NCBI GenBank assembly: GCA_051362555.1
Contig: JBPQGU010000016.1
Span: 1,550,001 to 1,614,000 of the forward strand
DNA length: 64,000 bases
Direction: 5' to 3'
Source of the DNA: Lingula anatina
Lineage: Eukaryota; Animalia; Brachiopoda
The notes below the pieces were generated by a model. It was not told the DNA's origin, did not search any database, and saw only the letters and a list, made by a program, of their open reading frames with translations. Shown here piece after piece: positions 37,438 through 50,960 of this stretch (position 1 is the first letter of the stretch; every line of letters starts with the position of its first letter). The position numbers were made by a program, and so were the translations under genes.

Positions 37438-40400
37438 GACGGAAACAGCCTATCGGGTGAACTTGTTGCTCAATTGTTTTTCAGATTAACGACTTAAATC
37501 CTGTCTGATTAAAGCGTTCATGTATGATAATGGATTAGGGCGATCTACTCTTCTGAAGGACCGATTTGTTTCGTTGATAAAGAACTGTCTGTTTCTAGCG
37601 ATCTGTTATGTTTCTAACTAAAGCTGTTAGTCACAGATTCATGCTACACTACAGCATTGAGGAAATGGTAGATTAAATTCCAAATAAGGGCTCATTGCCG
37701 ATGAAACTATTGTTCTTCATAGCTAGATCCATTTCTGCAGGGTTTGCCGCTGAATGCAATCACATTAACTGATTGACAGATTGACAAGCCTCCACTGGCC
37801 TTGAGTAGAATGATAAAAAAGTTGGTGATTACACATGTAAATTAGGAACAAGAGGGGCGTGATATAATCTCCAATCTGATTGCGTAATTCAGCAAGAGTC
37901 CCCGAAATTTGAATCGATCTCCGTAAAACGGTGTTTTTAATGGGAATGAATCCTAAGACCACGAGCACATGTTGTGTCCATCAAATTAAGGTTATTTTTG
38001 TATCTAAAAAATACTTTAACAAACATAACTCCTGCATTAAAATTATGTTTAATCCACCCCCAATGTCATGTCGGCACGCAGTAGATTCTATTGCAATGGT
38101 GCTTCTGTTACTGCGTCCTACATACCAGCTTTGGCAATCTGATCGGTAATACTTATGTTATTATTTAATGTAACACGAACAAGATGAAGTACATTTAACA
38201 TTGACATTAATTATTTCACGGAAATCACGAATCGGATGCCATAAATCACAACACGTTATAGTGTTGGGTTGCCTTTGATGTCTTCTGTCATTTCCTTCAA
38301 AAGACAGTCATAATGGCTCAGGGATTAACATTAGTGTTAATTGAGACTTTAAAAGCATTTCATACTTTCGGTAAGGTGTGTAATGCTTCAGTTGCACCTG
38401 AATCTTCTATAATAATCACCTGACGAAAAAGAATACACATTTCAAGGGCTAACTGAGAAATTTGGAAATGCTTTGATGAATGACATGCAATAATGTAAAA
38501 TTATGCAAAGTCCTCTGAACTTTTTTATGGAATTTCAAAGACGTAAAAGATATATAGACGTATCAATATCCATTATTATCATCGTTCAGTCTGCTTTAGT
38601 CTAATCGATGTTCCGTGTTGTGCGTGTGTATTGATTTCGGCAGGCCTGCCTCGGAGGGGGGGGGGGTTCTTCGGTCAGGAATGTGCTAATGTTCAACGAA
38701 TAGAACCATCGGGATTTGTATATATATGTAACATTTTTTTAAATTTGAGCCTTTTTTAAATAAACCTTCTGACCAAGAACCTACGATATACCGCCACTCA
38801 CCCGTGCCAGATAAAGTGTGGGTCGGGGAAAAGTAAGTTAATTCTCTTATTTAGAAATGACATCCAATTAGAACTGTTCAGATTTTAAAACTTAACGTTT
38901 TTGTTGTAAGAGAGATTATAAATGCTATTGTTCGACATAAGAAATTGCCTATTGTAAATGTCTACCATGCAAAGGAATTACACAATATTTATATAAAAAA
39001 TCTAATGATTTTTTTTTTCAATCTTACTTTGTAAAGCTGTTCATTTTGAATAGTTTTTAGTGTTTTCACATATCAGATATCATCTGCCCACTTGTTATTG
39101 AAACAGATGGCCACTTCTCATCTTTATGAAACGTAAAAGCCTTTTGCATTTTTCCCGTCAGAGATCTTTCACTATATTTCACTATTCCTTCAGTAAGCGC
39201 GTTCTAATGAGAACCATATGCGGTGAAAAAAGTGTTAGTTCCTCAACCAACGTTGATCCACCAGTGATTGAGTAAAATTGCACAACTGTTCATATTTTAA
39301 TATTAAAATTAATTAATGTTCATATTTTTAATTAAAGTTAAGTACAGGAAAGGCAGTTACAGAATAAAACAGCAATAAAATGGTGTTTACTAACAAACAA
39401 ACAGGGTAAAAAATTAACATTTTTTATTCAGTTTAAAACAAAATATAAATCAATGTATATGTTGTATAAAATTTGTCAATCCCCATCCGTACAACGGGCC
39501 GAATTATGTCATTTGAAGCCCTTGTGGGATTGTGGTCACTTAGAGATCAAATTGCTGTCCACTCCCACAAGTGTAACGGTATCACTGCGTTGGACACCTG
39601 ATTAAAAGTAACATATGGTGCACCTGAAATCTAAAAAGTATAGGCATACAGTTTCAAAATGTTCATCATGTAGAAACTTTCTTCAAAAACTTAAAAAGCA
39701 GTTCAACATTCAGTTGTTGTGCTTTTGTATTTTTTCTCTTTTTTCATCTATATATGAGACGCAGATATTTACTCGAACCAATACTATGAATACACTAAAA
39801 TACACCAGCCAATAAAGTAAAAGCATGAAAAACGCATGCTTACAATAGGAGCGAGTGTTATCGATGGATAATGTACAATGGTATCGCTGCATAAACAGCT
39901 AAAAAATCTTTCACAAGGAGCACATTCACAAAGAGTTAAACTTAAATTAAAATTACTTTATCTAATTCTAAACCAAACTGGACCATAATCCATAAATGAT
40001 ATAAACGCAATTCTTAAAAGCAATTACCATAATGTAAATACTACAAGTTGCTAAATATCAAGACTACAGAGCATAAACTTTGACCATAAAAGATGTAGAG
40101 TCTTCTTCAACCCGCTCTTCCATTGGCTGAAAGAAAAATGGGTAGAAATGGTAGAGGTCAGTTACACAAGATAATATATCCTTACTTTACGATAAATGGC
40201 TACACTGTACAGTAAGAATGAGTTTGAAACTATAAAACAAAACTTTCGACCAAAAAGTTGGAGTTGGCTTTCAGAACGAAATTCTAGTCCATTTTGAAAG
40301 AAAATTAAGTAACAGTAGTTTACATTATTGCAATACTGCGTATTGTGTATAACATGAAACGTGTAATATGCCAGAGAGCACCCGTACAATCAGGGACATG

Positions 40401-40488
40401 ATGATTTTATGCAGAAAGAAACTCATTCCCAATTCGATATTTTCTTTCACGAGTACCTGTTGGTCCCTCCGTCTGTGTTGGTGTCAAA

Positions 40489-41302
40489 TCATTTTTTTTT
40501 CTCTCCCTCTGCTGCTTTCTTGCTGTACCTTGCTATAAGCTTAGCCATGAGGGCCCGATATCTAATGTCGAAGTGGCGCCGTTTTTTATCCTTTCCATTA
40601 ATTTCCTGAAGCAAAAAGATGTTAGAATGCCTTAAAATATAAACAATGGCCGCGGCTAATTGACAGTGAACCTAGAGAACACGCAGGCAAGTCCTGGAAG
40701 CCATATGCAGAAGACACGGGTCAGTCTCAACAGATATAATGGTTCCATTCTCCCCGATCTATGCCTGGCTTTCTTAAGACAGTACGTGAGGGGGGGATTA
40801 ATAGTTGCTATTTGACTGGGTATAGCCTCCATGCCGATATTCTGAAGGAAATCGAAATATTGGGGGTAGTACTAGCCGTCAATATATTAGCCGTGAGTGA
40901 AGAAAAATTACTATATGTTAACCTTGATATGACAGTAAAAGCCATGTGTATGATTCGAGATAGAACATCGCCCCTTTCAAATAGCATTATCTTTATTTAT
41001 TTTCAATCATTTTAAATTGATTAAAGTCATAAAGCACCTTTTCACTGGGTCCCTTGCATTTCTTTCTGATAAAAAGAAAAAACAACCATTTGGGGCTGGG
41101 GATTAAGTTAAAGGGGATGGGGAGAGTAGATCCTTCCCCTATATACTCTAACCATAACCTTGTCCTGGCAACCTTCCATTCGATGTCTGCGTCGTCCTGT
41201 AAAGATATAGAATTAAGGAATTACAGCATGTTTGGTGTAGGAAGCAGGAAGTTGGTGCTTTAATTACGGAGATAATGTATAATACTGTTCCTCTTGGTTA
41301 AC

Positions 41303-41347
<45 letters not shown>

Positions 41348-41448
41348 GTAAATCTATCCAGCTCTTGGATGTTCTTTTGGGTCTTTTCTGTCAGCTACCC
41401 CTGCAATTTAGAAACACAGCACTTATCGCAATATGTGAACTGTTCCAA

Positions 41449-41492
<44 letters not shown>

Positions 41493-41667
41493 GTTTATTG
41501 GAATATTTTATCAGGCAAAATGCATTATATATAAATATTCTACTCAACATCCATAACTTACATTGATGGCTTCAATAGAGGCCGTTTTACCCAAAAAAAT
41601 TGATAGTACTTCTTTTATCATAATTTTAGTTACAGGGATTATATACCGTATTTTACTGCTCCGTTTC

Positions 41668-41721
<54 letters not shown>

Positions 41722-44700
41722 ATCGAATCTATTAGACAATATCCATTTATCCATTTCAACATCTCATAACTTACATTAATAGCTTCAAAAGAGATTGTCA
41801 TCATGGCAATGAGCATATTCATCAGCATTATAACGATGACAATATGGAATATAGCCACCATGATGAATCCCACGATCTCCACAAACTCGTGCTTCATGTG
41901 GATTTTTACGGAACTGGAGTCACCCAAGCCAAAAATGGACCACACCAGTGTGCGAAATGTGTTGAAGAACCTGGAAAAACACGCGTGGGGCTTTATGAAC
42001 AAATAAACAGGTTTCAACAGTTATAAGCTTAGGCAACGCTCTGCAGGCAATATAACAATATAACAACAATATAACCTGTACAAGTGAATGGGAAGAACCT
42101 GGAAAAACACGCGCGGGGCTTTATGAACAAATAAACAGGTTTCAACAGTTATAAGCTTAGACAACGCTCTGCAGGCAATATAACAATATAACAACAATAT
42201 AACCTGTACAAGTGAATGGGAAGAACATGGAAAAACACGCGTGGGGCTTTATGAACAAATAAGCAGGTTTCAACAGTTAAGCTTAGACAGCGCTCTGCAG
42301 GTAATATAACAATATAACAACAATAATAGGCACACACATTAATTCAACTGTTCTCAACATAAAATGGTACCTTGAAAATTTTTTTAAACTCAAATGTTAA
42401 AATGAAATAATAATAGCAGCTGGTGTAACGCAACTGAGGGTCCGTGTAACAGAAAGTCCGCCCTCTATATGGTTATAATATTTAGGGTTATAGTCTCACC
42501 CAAGTGGGTCAAAATTTAAGGCGAGGCTCACCTGTACAAGTGAATGGGAAGCAGACTTCCTATCATAGGGTCTCTGTCACGTTACACCAGTATCATGAAA
42601 TTTTAAGATTCTACAAATATACTAAGCATATGCCTAAGAGAATAATAATAATAAAGGAAATTCATGAGCCAATATACGGAGAGCGCTTTGTCCATAAGTA
42701 CTAGGGGGAACCTATTTAGAAAGCATAGTGATTGTAAATAGTTACCCGTAAAATGCAGAATTAGTCTCCGACCCATCTGGGAGTGTTTGGCCCGCATAGA
42801 AGTGGTAGTGGTTGTGCAGTCCAACGGTGAAGGCTATGAACACAATTAGCAGCAAAGCAGCAAAGCGAAAGACATCTGTGATCATCTTGCCTAAAAGTTG
42901 TCAAGCCACGTTTTATTTAGAGCACTAATCAGTTACGCTACAATGAGAAAAAAGATTGACAGACACAAGGCGAATCTGATTTCAAAATTTCGCAACATTA
43001 TAAGCAACTGTCGAGAGTTAAAGATGCATACAGAATCAATTTTTTGTCACAAAAACCAACCAAATGCCAGCATATAGTTTCAAGTATTATAAGTAAGAGA
43101 ATTATCAAATGCATTGTTTAATTTTACCCGAAAATGATGTTTAAACGGATTTTTCTGCTAGCATTCTATGCTGTATGTCAATGGGGCAGAAATGTAGGTC
43201 ACGGAAGTAGGTTAAATTTCCGACCAAAATTTGAAAAAAAAAAGAGCAGTCTAAAGCTCTTTTGTGGCTGATCGAGTGATTTATTCCCTTGGCATGTCAA
43301 ATTTATTTGATTCGTATAAGAAACTAGTAGACGCGGGCTACATGCGTTACTGGGAATCCAAGCTCCACCGATGCTCAGTTTGTATGTACCTTTAAAGAAA
43401 AAAGCATACGATTTTATCAAACCGTGACCTCATTTGCCCTATTGCTTATCGTACACATGTTTATGCATGTACAGGTAGGTTCATTTGTAACAAACTCATT
43501 ATTGCTTAAATCATTGCATGTGCACTTACCCAAAACAACTAGAAGTGGACCGACAGACTCAAAAGTCGGTAAAATGTACACCAGTCTTGAGAAACTAATG
43601 ATGTTCGCTAACGCAAACAGAGCATCTGATATTATTTCTGGGTCATTTGGCTCCCATTCGAACCGGCCTGAAAAAGCAAAGGCTAAAATGATACACATAT
43701 ACACTATTTTATATAATTATGGATAGAATGTTAGAAGCAAGTAACATAGATTAAAAAAAAGAAAAAAAAAATCAGAGACTGACACTATTAAATGTGATAC
43801 AAGATAGATCAGTTTAAAAACTACTACTACTACTACTACTATACTACTACTACTACTACTACTACTGGAAAATAAGAGCATCGACTAGAGATCGATCTTA
43901 ACTATCACTTAAAAGTGTCTTGGGTGGACGAAGCTGAAACGTACTGCGCAGATAACACAATTAGAGCCATGCATAATGGAATAAATTCAGCCCAACCAAC
44001 CTTTCTTGTAATAATATGTGTACGCTTTTGTTGTTTTTCGGTCACCACCAAGTGCAGCTTGCCTTGTCTTGACAATTGAAAATATATGGCAGACGAACGA
44101 GGCAAAATAGAAGAAAATCAAGAGGATATCCAGAATGTTGAAGGCGCTGTGGAAGTAACGCATCCCCTGGCGACGCAACTGCTTCATCTCAGCCCCAAAA
44201 TAACCTATAAAATAAAATATTTTATTACGATACTTGTATTAAAGAAATGCAATGGGCACAAGTGTGTAGGTTAGGATCGCTTAAAAGAAATATGAGGTTT
44301 TTATTCAGAGGTTACTCATGACATAATGTATATAGCAAGAAAGCATTAGTAATTTTAAACATACTTAAATTGTTGAAATTTTAGCACCACTTTGATAGAC
44401 TAATACAATCATGTATGTATTTTAAGGAAATTGTCACCCTTCACCCAAAATTCCCTATTTACTGTCTTACATTATTTTGGGTAATAGATATATCTTCAGC
44501 GTCCATTGACGAAATTAATTAACATTACACATGTCATCTTACAGGCGACGTCATAATTGCGATTTTGGGATAAAAACTCTTTTTCATATTTCTCTTTTAC
44601 CTGGGCACCCTCGATCACCGTTGCAACGCTGATTTAATGACACCAGCGCTTTTTCTTAAAAGTCTTAATTTAGGGCGCATTCCCATAGATTTTAGATCGA

Positions 44701-47700
44701 TCTATCCCCGTGGGGAGTCTAACTAGATTATTATCAGATAATCCGGCTTAAATGTCCGTCCCTCATACTACAAGCTGTAAGGGGGTAATTTACTTTCGTG
44801 CCCGCTCGGCTGACAGCTATTTAGCGTGAACCCCCAGGGAGTTAGGTCGATCTAGATGGATCGATCTAATCTCTGGGAATGGGGTCTTAGATTTTATTGT
44901 TGATAAAGCAAAATTATGACTTTGTTTAATGTAAATCCGTAATTTGGGGCTCATAACTTTGTAACAAAAACATTTAAACCAATATGATGGGTCGAGATTG
45001 TAGCCCATACACTCACGGTCAATTCCGTTACATTTCTTGATAAAATCATGTTCAGGGGTGAAATTACGCCTCTACCGATTGCTATCTCACATCAAAATAT
45101 AATTTTGCTCAATTGACAATTAATGCTTCGAGTTTCCTATGCTTATTCATTTCACAGAAAAAATATAAATTTTTCAAATCATCACAGAGATAGATGTATT
45201 ATTGAATAATTAGATTCAGGGAAAAAAAAAACATTTTCGATATCTGGATGATAATGAAGGGTTACAATACCCTTAATTTTGTATAGAAAAAAGTTGGTAC
45301 ATATTGATATATTGACACCTTGCCAATTGTTGGAATAACTTTCAATGCATTTGTACCTTACCTATTACGTAGATATATATTGCATACTCGGACCATCGGA
45401 AATCTGTGGAATGGGCGACGTTCGTTTTATCATGAGGAAAAAAGTACATGGTCAGGATCAGAAGAAATGTGAAATAGAAGAGACTTCCAGTGTAGAACTT
45501 GACACAAGGGGTCTTCAAGAACATGTTGTTCCACTTGATAAGTTTACTCTACAAAAAGAAAGAATTAAGCTGCAATCAGAACAGATAATCCGCAGACTAT
45601 AGAACGCATTCAGAACAGCGGACTAACTTATCTGCGGAACAAATATGACCGACCCACTTGAATGCTTGTTGCGTAATCCCCGCCGGGTACCTATTTAGTC
45701 TCTAGTTTTTGAATGGGTCGCCTTATTTGATCCGCCGATGAGTTAATCCGCTGTTCTCAATGTGCTTTAACAACATGTAGTTAGCTTCCATGTCAAATAT
45801 GGCTGACCCCACTTTGAAGCAAGGCCGTACGACCCCTAATGACCTCCAGGCCTACCACACGTGCCATCCCTACACGGGGCTGGCAATTAAATTTCGGAGC
45901 CTTTTTAAGTTAGCTTTTATTGCTACTGTTACGGTAGATAATATATGCCTTGAGTACACTGTTCGATGTTAAAGATCAAAAGGAATTATTAAAGCATTTC
46001 TCGACCAAATATATGAAAATCAATCAGTCAAACATACCTTTTTCTCCAATGTGTCAAAGGCCCCGAACAGAATGTAAATCAGGAACAGCATAATCCAAAT
46101 TGGCAACGCCAGCACGATTAAGATCGTCTTCAGAAAATTGTGTGTGGTCCGCATTCGGCGGTTTATATTCGGATCCATGCCATAAAACTGCATACTTAAG
46201 TGCCTTTGGACGTATGGGTGGGCTACAATCTGAAATACGGTTTTAAAGAAGTGACTTTGTACTCAACTGCCTTTACAGTTGCTAGCTTGTTTATTCTCAT
46301 AAATAAGCGAAAAAGTTCATAAGCTCAGAAGTTGGATCATGTATGACAGTTATTTAACACAAAACGAAAAGAAGTTTAGCTTGCGGCCAACCTGAACGTA
46401 AGCCAGTACGCCTTCTTCAGACTGACTCGAGTTACTACTATGATAGACAATGCAACGCATTATGCAAGTGGCAATTTATTTTTTGGTGGGGGAAAAGCTA
46501 TAATCGTGACTATAGCTCATCCTACATTGTACCTTCTTGGGTCCTTCATCCATAACTTCCCGCACTAACGCTAATTCTGAACACCCATTGGCTGATTTAT
46601 CCAGGAGCAAGGACAGCTCATCTCGCCCTCGGACCAGGTCCAGCATCTCCCAGGCAAACATCTCGCATTTCTTGGTCAGTTCAAGGTATTCTGACTGTGT
46701 GAAAGGGAAAAATTTGCATAATCATAGTGACACAGAATAAGTTATGGTCACGACTGCCAAACACAAACTCCGTTTCTGTGTGTAAGACGGAAGGAGGCGT
46801 GAGTGCATGTGCGCGTGATCACATTTTACCAATTTGAAGTTCACCTACTTATCTTTATCATTTAAAGATTAGCGCTTTGAAACCTCAGAAAGCCCTCCGA
46901 TTCCCGCATGACACATAATTTTGATACCCACATACAGCAATGCATATCATGCGAGCGTGGATTTCCAGTACTCATTTACATGTATTGGTAACCCATTTTC
47001 ACTAGTTTCCTACAAGACTCAAATATGATTGTCAAGACAAAGGATGAACCGAGTTAATCACTCAACCAGCCATAGAAGAGCTTTAAAACCGCACTTTTTT
47101 TTCAAATGTTTTGTCGTAAACTGACAAATATATCCGAGTCTTACGTGCTTCTATACAGCAAGTAAGCAGATGCTATCCGTTCAAATCTCATTTTAATGGT
47201 CAAATGAAAGGATGCCACTTGGTATTTCTACAAGTTATACAACAAGCATTTGAAACTACCCCCGGTATATCGTGGTATTTGGTCGGTATTTGAAACAAAT
47301 ACTACAAATTATCTTTAAACTAGCAAACGGTTCCATGTATCTTTACTATCCGCCATTATTAAATAATTTCACAAATCCACATTCCTCTCCTTTAATATGC
47401 ATTTTAATCATTCATTCTTAACCATTTATTTCACAAAGTACCTTGAATTCTTTATCCTGTTCCGCCATGGTGAAAAGCTTTTTCCTCAGCTCCAGAGCCG
47501 TCTTTACAGGGTTTTCCTGCGTGAGAAGATAGGCAGATGACGTCATAGCCCTATACGCGTTCACACGATAAAGCGCGTGATTCAGCGTGTCGCTTCGGTC
47601 GAGATAACAGTTGCAGAAATAATCGTGAGGGTCGGCGATTTTCAACTGCGCCTCCTCCTTCAGTAATAGGCAAACTTGGAAGTCGTTTTTTATCGCTGCC

Positions 47701-49382
47701 TGTAGCATTGGGTTGTAGTTAACATCCTTCTCTGAGAAAGATAACCACTGCTTTAGTGCTCGCTTGATCTCGTCCATGTTCGTCCCGTCGACTATCGCCC
47801 TCCGAAGGGTTTCTCTACTGATCATTGCCGCCAACGATTTGCCCGCTACAGGCTGGTGGAAAGGTTGCAGCGATCCTTCACCATCAGAACTTGAGGACGA
47901 AGCACAGCCACAACAGAGGGCAAATCCTGAAATGAATGTTGTTGTTTTTAGCTTTGGAGAGTCGTTTGTGCAGCAAACGAGGACGCATATAAAATTAAGT
48001 TACAGAGGGATGCTTGGTATTTGGTATATGGTGTTCAATTTAGTGTATTTGGTGTTCACTTATTCTACATCAAAGCGGGCTTTTCTTTGCAACCCGAGTC
48101 ACCTGACTGGAATTTAGGCCGATTAAAGCACAAAATGCACACAAAGTGAAAATGCCTTATGAAGACCCGTTTGGACTTAAACGAAGGGACAATATATTAA
48201 TTTGACAGAGAGCAAGAGAGAGAAAGAGAGAAAGAGTTTTTGAATTGCACGTGTACCTGTAGATGGTTATCGAAAACTGAAATAAAACGAAACTTGACCA
48301 TCATATTGGTAATAACCTTACTTACTCTCTTCCTTTATCTCTCTGGGATAGTGATGTCCTGGTTCTATATTGCCGTACGTCCCCCCGTTGCTAAGAGTGG
48401 CGGATATGTCCTTGGGTAACCTACTCTGAGGAGCGGTGTTGGTGAGTGGGATATAGTCTGGCTCGTCCACGTTCTCTTCCGCCGAGGGCTGGTCTGAGGG
48501 CTTCGACGTTGCAGTCTGGTTGTTTGAACTCTGTAACCGGCCTTGGCTAGATGGTGGTGGCGGCGGCGGCGGTGGCGGTGGTGGTGGTGGTGACGGTGAT
48601 GGAGGGGCATGGTTAAGAGCAGAAGTTGGTTTTGAAGTCGAGGCAGGGGTGGTTCCGTTGGCCATTTTTGCTGTGTCATCACGAGGAGAGGAAGGGTGTG
48701 GCGTACCGTCTGCGTCTCCCCGTCCGCTTCCTATACTACTGCTGCTGAGGCTGGCATTGTTAGATGGTGACAGAAGAGAGGCACTGGCGTTTTCATGTCC
48801 TGGAGACTGCAAAGGGGAATCTGACGGGTCATTCCCTATGTCAAAGTTGGGCAAATTCGACGATTTCGCGGTTGGAATGTGACCGTTGACTCTCGGTTTT
48901 GGAGCGTCGGTGTCTGCAAAGTAAATATTATGGAAATTGCTTATAGCAGCGTTTTCGTTTGGTGGCTGGTTAGTCCCCTGTCCCTCTGCAACGATAGGGC
49001 AGCTGATTTTGTTCTCACTGTCCTGTGTGACTTTAACATCTCGTGATGGAGCCAGTCTCGCCTTATATCTGGTTTGCACACGTGTCAGCCTCATTTCTCC
49101 CAGTTCCACCGCCTCGACATCTTTATTTCTTTTTCTCTTTTTGGGCTCTTTTTTTAACTTAAAAGGCCATTTTTTCCACTGGCCGACCTCCTTTCTATCC
49201 GAGTCGCCGTTGCTGGAAGAGTTGGACGAAGTCGATGTGCTCTCTTTGTTTCTGTCGCATTCCTCTTCTGACTCTGAGCTCTGCTGCAACGTGTCCGTGT
49301 TTTCCCGGATGGAACAATCGATTTCCGACAGCACCAGGTCTAAATTTTGTGCAAAGCCACTGGGGCGCTTTCTATTCGCCAT
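40489..49382 (-). CDS. TRPC-like (short transient receptor potential) cation channel, ~1013 aa; exons 49382-48326, 47926-47442, 46694-46533, 46229-46038, 45548-45362, 44204-44001, 43667-43530, 42890-42746, 41970-41775, 41196-41038, 40605-40489
   Basis: TRP_2 [23 protein letters not shown]4 [31 protein letters not shown], pore LVWSIFGL, S6 [12 protein letters not shown] box EWKVAR, LPIPFN. All introns are GT-AG and phase-consistent (3042 nt). Confidence 0.9.
41966..42327. repeat. ~130-bp tandem triplication covering the acceptor of the TRPC pore exon
   Basis: gaacctggaaaaacacgcg.ggggctttatgaacaaataa...ctctgcagg.aatataacaatataacaacaata occurs three times. Confidence 0.9.
44426..45272. mobile_element. 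TTAA-flanked non-autonomous element (Kolobok/piggyBac-like) in a TRPC intron
   Basis: ttaa-ggaaattgtcacccttca ... tgaagggttacaataccc-ttaa. Confidence 0.6.
44673..44886 (+). mobile_element. MITE family C copy 2, nested, with TTA TSD
   Basis: Near-identical to 17198-17411; tta on both sides. Confidence 0.85.
45602..45767. mobile_element. Small MITE (~165 bp)
   Basis: gcattcagaacagcggactaact / agttaatccgctgttctcaatgt inverted arms. Confidence 0.6.
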
Positions 49383-49892
49383 GTAAAATATCTGAAAAAT
49401 GTATCCTAGATTTATTTGATTATCAAGTGTTAAAAAACCTCGCGTGTTGTGTCTTAGTCTAGGTACATGTACATGTATGTCCTAAGAAAGACTTACGGTA
49501 GTCTAGAGATCTCATCACTGTGAGAGAAAACATTATTCAAATATACTTGTGTAAGCATGTTCAAATATCATTTTTTGGAAATAATGAAATGAAAGCATGT
49601 GGTATTTTCGGGTTGTCTTGCTTGTAGAGTTTAACGGCAATAATTCAGGCACTCGCTTAATATGCATTTTAATAACCCGGTGTCAACTGCCTCAATCTTA
49701 AGCATATTTCAATCCTTTTCTAACCAATCAAGGTGACAGCCCAGTGTGATTACAGTGACCTACTCAGACAGGTACCCGCACAGTTTAATGTGTATATTTC
49801 AGTACTGGACACAAATTACACGTATTGAATACCACCGAAGAGTACTCTATTTAAAAGGTATGAACAATGAAACGTAGCCCTAGCTGCACTTA

Positions 49893-50960
49893 GGCCACAC
49901 TTTTTTATTTTTATGGATGACATCCTCTGGGGACCCCAAAATCGGTGCGAGAGGGCGAAAAAAAAAAAAAAACAGTAAAAAAAAAAAAAAATGCCTAAGA
50001 AAAGTTATGTTTTCAGTACACAGCTGGAAACACTAATTTACCACAGAAACACGTATCAAACTAACAACATGTCTTTATCCATGCTCTCAAAATATTAAAG
50101 CATTGTGATTGGGCCTACTTCGTAGAAAGGTAAAAAGTCATGAATATATATGCTGCATTACCAAATCTATGTAAGGTTATTTCATGCATTCTGTTGGTAT
50201 AGCAATCAATAAAACAAATATCAAATAAACAGCGTGTCTTTATTTGTACTCTCAGAAAATTAAAGCATTGTAATCACTTCACAGAATTGTTAAAAAAAAT
50301 GAAGCAAAGATAGGCCTATGCTTCCTACTAGCAAATCTAAAAAAGGTAATTTCGGTCGATGCCATTTTGTCTACTTCGACTCACACGTAGCAGCCAACTA
50401 TCGGGTGGCCTGTCCGACCTTCAGTCCACCAAATACCACGACGCTCTTGTCGACCCTTTTTTCGCTACAAAAAAAAAAAAAAAAAACCCTGGTATATGTG
50501 CTGCTTTGGACAGAATGTCACTGAAATTTTCCGGGCGATGATCGCTGGCCGCGGCCAGCCTTTCGTATAATTGTAAAAGGGTGATATCTCCATGTCCAAT
50601 ATCAATGGCAAACCAATCCAAAACGACGGCCCCCGTTCTATTTATGACTTTAATTGTCGTGTATTTTGAAATTAATGCTAGAGATGAATTTGACGGCAAA
50701 GCGACCATATTTCCACGTGGTGATAATGCGCATGCGCAAAAAGCTCATTTTCCGCACTCGGAGTTACTCGGATGTCTCCGCAGTCGACAATGACAGTATG
50801 GAACTTGCGGAATTAGCCGAGGATTGCCGATTGCATTTTCCGACGATGTTTGCGACAACCGATTTCTTGGGGGGGGGGATTTTTTTTTTTTTTTTTTTGA
50901 GAACGGACGAAAATCGGTGCGCGCGCAGGATGTCATCCATAAAATTAAAAAAGTGTGGCC
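49893..50960. mobile_element. Non-autonomous TIR element (1068 bp), PIF/Harbinger-ISL2EU-like
   Basis: ~34-bp TIRs ggccacacttttttatttttatggatgacatcct / aggatgtcatccataaaattaaaaaagtgtggcc; TTA/TAA flanks. Confidence 0.8.

Larger units (their letters stand above)
20298..39990. repeat. Tandem segmental triplication: unit 1 ~20298-27041, unit 2 ~27229-34425, unit 3 (truncated) ~35100-39990
   Basis: Collinear shared anchors, e.g. attagacgtctccacaaatcg (21463, 28273, 35101), the LRR ORFs, and aaaccaaactg (26834, 33825, ~39970). Confidence 0.95.

Noticed and set aside
48365-49462. Poly-Gly, poly-His and other overlapping ORFs
   Set aside because: Alternative-frame or antisense shadows of the TRPC exon 1 poly-Pro and Ser-rich region.
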